NCBI GenBank assembly: GCA_045105515.1
Contig: JBGCDR010000137.1
Span: 1-12,361, forward strand
Length of the DNA stretch: 12,361 nt
Reading direction: 5' to 3'
Origin: Oligoflexales bacterium
Lineage (GTDB): Bacteria; Bdellovibrionota_B; Oligoflexia; Oligoflexales; Bog-1112
Shown here one piece after another: positions 7,831-12,361 of the stretch. The notes under the pieces were generated by a model. It was given only the letters and a program-made list of their open reading frames with translations. It had not been told where the DNA came from and searched no databases. The stretch's first letter is position 1; every line of letters begins with the position of its first letter. Both the position numbers and the translations under genes were made by a program.

Positions 7831-8351
7831 TCTTGGTTTCCTTGCGAATTCCCCTTAACAATAGCGTGTAAAAATCCACCAATACTTGAATCATTTACCT
7901 GCTGTATTCTCTCGTTTAGAGCATTGTCTAACTGTTCTGTTCTATCTTCTAAAGTCTGGTCTAGCTGTTCAATGCGTTTTTCAATCTTTTTATCGATACT
8001 ATCAAAAATTTTTTTGTCAAAGGTTTCAAGACCATAGTCGTAGCATGTTCTGATTATTGATCCACCGAAGTTTAATATATAGCTAGTCATAATTCCAAGA
8101 CTACCTGCCCTTAATCCATTCATACATATTTCTGGAAAGCAATGACTTTGTTCATAGGAGCTTGAAAACAGAAAGCATGCTGTAGTGGCACCAAAAACCA
8201 ACGAGTGATTATCAAATCCATAAAATTGGGAGTTGTTATCAGAAATAGATACGGATGAATTGGGTATTCTCCCATTGTGGTCATTAGCGAAAGCCGAAAA
8301 TCCTGAGACAAGTGAAAATAGGATTATTCTCCGCAGCATTATTTCAAGCAT
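7827..8351 (-). CDS. Small exported or membrane-associated hypothetical protein with C-terminal 11-mer amphipathic repeats
   Basis: 174 aa. RBS AAGGA in the 16-nt gap after the TerD gene. Signal peptide ending AFA|ND, two Gly/Ala-rich hydrophobic segments, three 11-aa repeats. Confidence 0.85.
   Translation of the reverse strand: MLEIMLRRIILFSLVSGFSAFANDHNGRIPNSSVSISDNNSQFYGFDNHSLVFGATTACFLFSSSYEQSHCFPEICMNGLRAGSLGIMTSYILNFGGSIIRTCYDYGLETFDKKIFDSIDKKIEKRIEQLDQTLEDRTEQLDNALNERIQQVNDSSIGGFLHAIVKGNSQGNQE
7887..7985 (-). repeat. Three tandem 33-nt / 11-aa imperfect coding repeats
   Basis: IEKRIEQLDQT / LEDRTEQLDNA / LNERIQQVNDS (aa 123-155). On +, CTAACTGTTC at 7928 and CTAGCTGTTC at 7961 are 33 nt apart. 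Confidence 0.85.
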
Positions 8352-8367
8352 AAGTCATTCCTTTACA

Positions 8368-9114
8368 CTAGTTGAGTTCATTATTTTGCAATAAGTCCTT
8401 GATTCGGTCCTGACAATCAGTTGCCAATACCATAGAGTGTCCTTTTACTGAATCCACTCCCTTGCCGATAGCTTTAATAGTCCATTGCTCATTATTTTTG
8501 GAGATACTGAATAATATGACCGCTTGTTGGTCTTCTAGTACTAATGGATCATTAACACCACCAATGCTGTAGCGAGCAAGTTCTTGGGTGTAACCCGATG
8601 CGGTTTCAGCGAGGATGCGGCAAAAAGAATTGTTTATTGCTTGTAGTGATTGACCTGAATAACTAACGACTGTAGCTACCAAGTGAGAAATCTCTTTCTT
8701 ATGCTTATTAATACCACCTAAAAAAATGGATATGGCTTCATCATCACCTTCTCCCTCTCCTGTAACACTATCACCCGAATGAAATATGAGCCCATGCTTG
8801 TGTGAGCATATTTTTGTTTGGTATTTATGGTTGTCATGCCATATTATTTTACTTAAATGTCTATTTCTTTTTATTAAATGTAAGTTTAAATCCATATCAA
8901 TATAATCTGATTGCGACTCTGGATCCCAACCGAAGCCAATGACTATTTTGTTAATTCTTTTATCTATTTTAAAGGTCTCACCTGGAGCCAATGACCTAGA
9001 TGCGATCGACCCCAAGTAATCCTCAAGAGAATCTGCGGCTAAATTAATGCCAGCAGATAGGTTTGAAGTACCAAATAATAAAAACATTAATAAGATAAAA
9101 AGACGATCAAACAT
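8368..9114 (-). CDS. terD: TerD family protein with N-terminal signal peptide
   Basis: IGFGWD, DMDL, HSGDSVTGEGEGDDEAI, ELARY and WTIKAIG motifs. Start placed at ATG 9114 (MFDRLFILLMFLLFGTSNLSA), which gives a clean signal peptide; the frame is open to 9159. Confidence 0.9.
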   Translation of the reverse strand: MFDRLFILLMFLLFGTSNLSAGINLAADSLEDYLGSIASRSLAPGETFKIDKRINKIVIGFGWDPESQSDYIDMDLNLHLIKRNRHLSKIIWHDNHKYQTKICSHKHGLIFHSGDSVTGEGEGDDEAISIFLGGINKHKKEISHLVATVVSYSGQSLQAINNSFCRILAETASGYTQELARYSIGGVNDPLVLEDQQAVILFSISKNNEQWTIKAIGKGVDSVKGHSMVLATDCQDRIKDLLQNNELN

Positions 9115-9190
9115 AATAAGTTCCAATGCAGCGGCATAGCAACAAACTAGGTTAATCATTATTACAAGTGAATGATTTAAATATCCAGGG

Positions 9191-9244
9191 AAAAAAACTA
9201 TGGAATGCTAGTTTTATTATTGTCAACATTTGCATAGTTTTTTT
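9191..9244. repeat. Perfect 12-bp inverted repeat with 30-nt spacer (terminator- or operator-like)
   Basis: AAAAAAACTATG (9191-9202) and CATAGTTTTTTT (9233-9244), extendable inward by AATG/CATT after a bulge. Confidence 0.75.
9197..9226 (-). promoter_or_regulatory. Candidate sigma70 promoter for the terD operon (TTGACA-N18-CATAGT)
   Basis: Perfect -35 TTGACA at 9226-9221 and a 4/6 -10 CATAGT at 9202-9197, pointing toward terD. Confidence 0.5.
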
Positions 9245-9279
9245 GCATAATATATGAAATTTGTTCTAGTAAAATTATA

Positions 9280-10734
9280 TTAGTTATTAAAATCTAAAAG
9301 ACCTAAATCTAGGATCTTATTTTCAATACGAAAGTTTTTTACGATTTTTTGTTTATCCTTATTTGTTGCAACAAGTGTGTAGCTCCCCGAGCTAAGAAGT
9401 TCAAAAATAAGGGTGGTGCTTCTTGGAGACATAGTTTTCGACCAAATACCTTCATCCCAATTAACGGCACCTTGTGAGTCTGCTTTGCTTAGTTTGTATG
9501 TAACTTCATCATTGCTGTTAGTCTGAGCAGTGACTCCTCCCCCACTCATACGATCAAGGAGCGTTTTCCATGAACCCCTCTGTCTTTCAACAGTAATATC
9601 TCGCCATTCCTGATAGGATGGTTGGAATCCAGTTGCCCTTGAATTGATCTCAATAGTGTAGGCGATAACATTATGTTTCTGCCATTGATAGTCTAGGTCG
9701 GTACCATCTGCCTGATAAAGTAACTCTGGCGCTGTTCCTACCTGATAGGTGTCAGCTTCATCATTGTCATCGATAATAGTTTTTTTCATGTCCAAGGCAA
9801 TTTCATGAAATATTTGTCTGGAGGGGTTGCTCTCTTTTCTGCATCCGTAGGGGTAAATAATGAGCTCGCTGTAGGAGTGGTAGCTTACATTAAGCACTGG
9901 CTTATGCTTAGCAACTAATTCCATCATAGCTTGAGTTTCAGGTTCACTTGCTGGGCTTGGCCCGCGATAATCCTGGCTACCTTTGTTGCCACTTGAGCCA
10001 CCACAGCCATCCCATAAGGTAGGATAATTACGGTTTAAGTCCACGCCTGTTACTCTGTTACGGCTTAGCCAAGTATTTTTTCGCCACCAGCGGTTTCCTT
10101 CATGGACCCTTTGATTGCCGTCAGGATTGACCTGAGGAACCAAGATAATACGGTAACGATCAAGCCAGGTTTGAATTATTTCATCTTGTTCGTAGTTGCT
10201 CAGTAGATAATCGGCGATATCCAAGATTACCTCAGTGGTCATCAGTTCCCTTGCGTGGTGCATTGCATTAAAAAGAATACTTGGTTTGTTACTTATGGAA
10301 TTCTCTTCGGTTGGAGAGCTTAGGATTATACCGCGAATTGATCGTCCTTCCGTAGATAGGCCTACTTCGAATCCTTCAACAAAATCTGGATGTTCAAGCT
10401 CTAGTTGGTAAAGGACGTCCAGGACTTGATCAGGGGAGGTATAACCTTCTATGTTTGCGGAGATGAGAGACGATCCAGTAACTAGTATGATGTTGTCATA
10501 TTTCCTAATAATGTCATGGTAGTCTTGAGCTGGAATTCTTGCCTGAGCTCTGCCTTTGAGAAAGTCTGCTCCCAAAAAATCAAAGTCGTTGAAGTTTTTC
10601 TTCAATTCTGGGAGGGTTGTAAGCGGCGCATCAATGACGACGTATTCTGAAGTGCCACTTAATTGTTCTATCGGTTTGATGAGCAAGCAGATTGGTAAGG
10701 TAAACAGTAAAAGAAAGAATTTAATATTTCCCAT
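9280..10734 (-). CDS. Secreted M14 family zinc carboxypeptidase (carboxypeptidase T-like)
   Basis: Zn-binding HARE and SYHSYS, VNPDG, WRKN, GVDLNRNY, SEPET, LYQADG, catalytic YTIE. Hydrophobic N-terminus. RBS AGGAG just upstream of ATG 10734. Confidence 0.95.
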   Translation of the reverse strand: MGNIKFFLLLFTLPICLLIKPIEQLSGTSEYVVIDAPLTTLPELKKNFNDFDFLGADFLKGRAQARIPAQDYHDIIRKYDNIILVTGSSLISANIEGYTSPDQVLDVLYQLELEHPDFVEGFEVGLSTEGRSIRGIILSSPTEENSISNKPSILFNAMHHARELMTTEVILDIADYLLSNYEQDEIIQTWLDRYRIILVPQVNPDGNQRVHEGNRWWRKNTWLSRNRVTGVDLNRNYPTLWDGCGGSSGNKGSQDYRGPSPASEPETQAMMELVAKHKPVLNVSYHSYSELIIYPYGCRKESNPSRQIFHEIALDMKKTIIDDNDEADTYQVGTAPELLYQADGTDLDYQWQKHNVIAYTIEINSRATGFQPSYQEWRDITVERQRGSWKTLLDRMSGGGVTAQTNSNDEVTYKLSKADSQGAVNWDEGIWSKTMSPRSTTLIFELLSSGSYTLVATNKDKQKIVKNFRIENKILDLGLLDFNN

Positions 10735-10899
10735 TATTTCTCCTGTTGATTGTCGATTTTACTATCAAAGCCTTTTTAAATTATACAATAATTCAATATG
10801 GCTTTTGTCTCTTACAGAGTGATTTATCTGTTAATATGAATTAGCCTATGATAGATATAGCCGAGTTCTGTATTACTGATAATAAAAAGCTTAAAAACT

Positions 10900-11472
10900 A
10901 TGAAAAACCGTAATAACCGTTTGTCAATCGGATTAACTCTCGCTTCCTTCGTTGTTTTGATACCTGGAATTTTCCTTCCTATGCTGACGATTACGCTTAG
11001 GGGTGATGTGAATGCTTCTGTGGGATCTTTTGGAATGAATATTCTTAATAAGGAAAATTCTATTCTTCAAACTGTCGCTGAATTATTCGAGAATGAAAAT
11101 GCCTTTGTAGCTTGCATGATCTTCTTTTTTAGTGTCATGATTCCGGTCCTCAAAGGTTTTTTGTTGCTTTTTGGGACCTACACTAAAAATTTGGTAGTCC
11201 AAAATAAGATATTTACTTTTGTGAAGTCCATAGGTAAATGGTCAATGGCCGATGTGATGGTCGTGGGTGTGTTTTTAGCTTACTTATCAACAAGGTCTCA
11301 GCCTAGCCAGTCCCAACATCGTACTGAAATTATGGGGTTTCCTGTTGAGATAAAGGTGTTGCTTGGTCTTGACTCCCAATTAGGCTCTGGGTTCTATTTC
11401 TTTTTTGCATATTGCATGCTTTCTCTGCTAGGGCTACATTTTTTTAGTAGTGCAAAAGATACTTCCAGATGA
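10900..11472 (+). CDS. pqiA: Paraquat-inducible protein A family membrane protein (single PqiA domain)
   Basis: About four hydrophobic segments, with SILQTVAELF, FFFSVMIPVLK, the signature IGKWSMADVMVV and GSGFYFF. Confidence 0.9.
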   Translation: MKNRNNRLSIGLTLASFVVLIPGIFLPMLTITLRGDVNASVGSFGMNILNKENSILQTVAELFENENAFVACMIFFFSVMIPVLKGFLLLFGTYTKNLVVQNKIFTFVKSIGKWSMADVMVVGVFLAYLSTRSQPSQSQHRTEIMGFPVEIKVLLGLDSQLGSGFYFFFAYCMLSLLGLHFFSSAKDTSR

Positions 11473-11532
11473 TTTTGTTATTGATGACCCCCTCGAATAG
11501 CTAAGTTCAGTTAGAGTGTCCTTGGTTACCTA

Positions 11533-12249
11533 TCACCATTGACCAATTTTGCGCTTATCCTCTTTAAGCAGAGTTTGAATGTGCTCTTTTAGCAATTCTT
11601 TTAAAACATTAGAAATACGATTGTGTTTTTTACCACAAAGTATGTGCATTATATCTTCTGTCTGCAAACTTCCTTTTGCATAACTAAAAATAATCTTATT
11701 TATAATTAAACTGACGGGTTTTTTAAGATAACTCATTTGAATTGAGGCCGGAGCTTGGGAGAAGTCTTTAAAGGTGCCTGTCCAAAAATTTGCTGCAAAA
11801 TAATGCTTAACCACTTGTGAGAATGCATAAGGGTAAAGGTACTTTGCAGGATCTTTTTTCGGGGGAATAGGTTGTGCTAATATAATCTTGATTTTACTTA
11901 CTATCAAAGCTTGATGTCGAGCATCGGCAATATTGCTGTCAGAGTAGGATGATAAACAGTTGTCGTGTTCGTTACGGTTTTTTATTTTTGCCTTTAGGTT
12001 CTCAAGAACATTTTCTAGCTCTTGCTTAAGGTTTCTATGTTTGTGTTGCTCCAAGCCCCTTATTAAAATAGTATCAAGAAAATACGGTGGTGCATGTTCA
12101 TCATCTGAAAAGTAAGCACGGTCATTTAAATATTTTTTCAGGGTGAAGAAAACACGATATAAGCCCTTTTTTGCAGCCAGATAAATCGGAGTTTCGCCCT
12201 GTTTATTCTTTTGTCGTAAATAATTAGAGTTGTCTAATTTTTTAACCAG
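11533..12249 (-). pseudogene. 5'-truncated ankyrin-repeat protein gene (frame open 65 codons upstream of the listed TTG start at 12054)
   Basis: 12249-12055 translates without stop as LVKKLDNSNYLRQKNKQGETPIYLAAKKGLYRVFFTL..., containing one ankyrin repeat. TAG at 12252-12250 precedes it, and there is no ATG/GTG/TTG before 12054. Confidence 0.7.
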
Positions 12250-12326
12250 CTAATATTATTATTTTATATGATTATTATGTAAATATTGATAAGCTGATCC
12301 CAAACGTAATTCTGGGAGGGCTTGAT

Positions 12327-12361
12327 ATGTTTATTTTCATGTTACCGGAAAGACAAGTGAA
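12327..12361 (+). CDS. Start of an unidentified gene running off the window (MFIFMLPERQV...)
   Basis: RBS GGGAGGG at 12314-12320, ATG at 12327, frame open to the window end, AT-rich upstream region. Confidence 0.55.
   Translation, partial: MFIFMLPERQV

Noticed and set aside
6026..8311. Short ORFs 6026..6250, 6312..6524, 7040..7243, 7822..8037 (+) and 8120..8311 (-)
   Set aside because: Antisense or alternate-frame shadows inside longer, well-supported genes.
8368..9114. Tellurite-resistance locus
   Set aside because: No terA/B/C/Z genes in the window, and the TerD appears exported.
9115..9159. Longer terD start at 9159 (MINLVCCYAAALELI)
   Set aside because: No convincing RBS, and it distorts the signal peptide that begins at ATG 9114. 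Not fully excluded.
10556..10822. 88-aa ORF on +
   Set aside because: Mostly antisense to the carboxypeptidase 5' end, with no motifs.
1..12361. Composite transposon spanning the window, CRISPR array, tRNA/rRNA or prophage
   Set aside because: The right junction does not match the IS30-like end, and I saw no repeat-spacer array, structured RNA gene or phage gene by eye.

Overview
AT-rich bacterial chromosomal segment. The gene content (many signal-peptide proteins, a deltaproteobacterial-type STAS-like domain) suggests Oligoflexia/Bdellovibrionota, but that is inference only. The left edge appears to be the left end of an IS30-family element (minus strand) inserted into an FGE-sulfatase-domain gene. 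On + follow HU, a signal-peptide-bearing Ser/Thr kinase with a WNK-type displaced lysine, a GXWXG/DUF4334 protein, an alanine-glyoxylate aminotransferase, and a 449-aa protein with a STAS-like N-terminus and a CheZ-like DxxxQ motif. On - lie an M14 carboxypeptidase and a tightly coupled three-gene operon of exported proteins: TerD-domain protein, small protein with 11-mer amphipathic repeats, and a 717-aa protein matching the BPI/LBP/CETP (TULIP) lipid-transfer family. A solo PqiA, a 5'-truncated ankyrin-repeat gene and the start of another + gene close the window. The best candidate for an undescribed system is the TerD / 11-mer repeat / BPI-like operon. All family calls are by motif recognition from memory; no searches were run.
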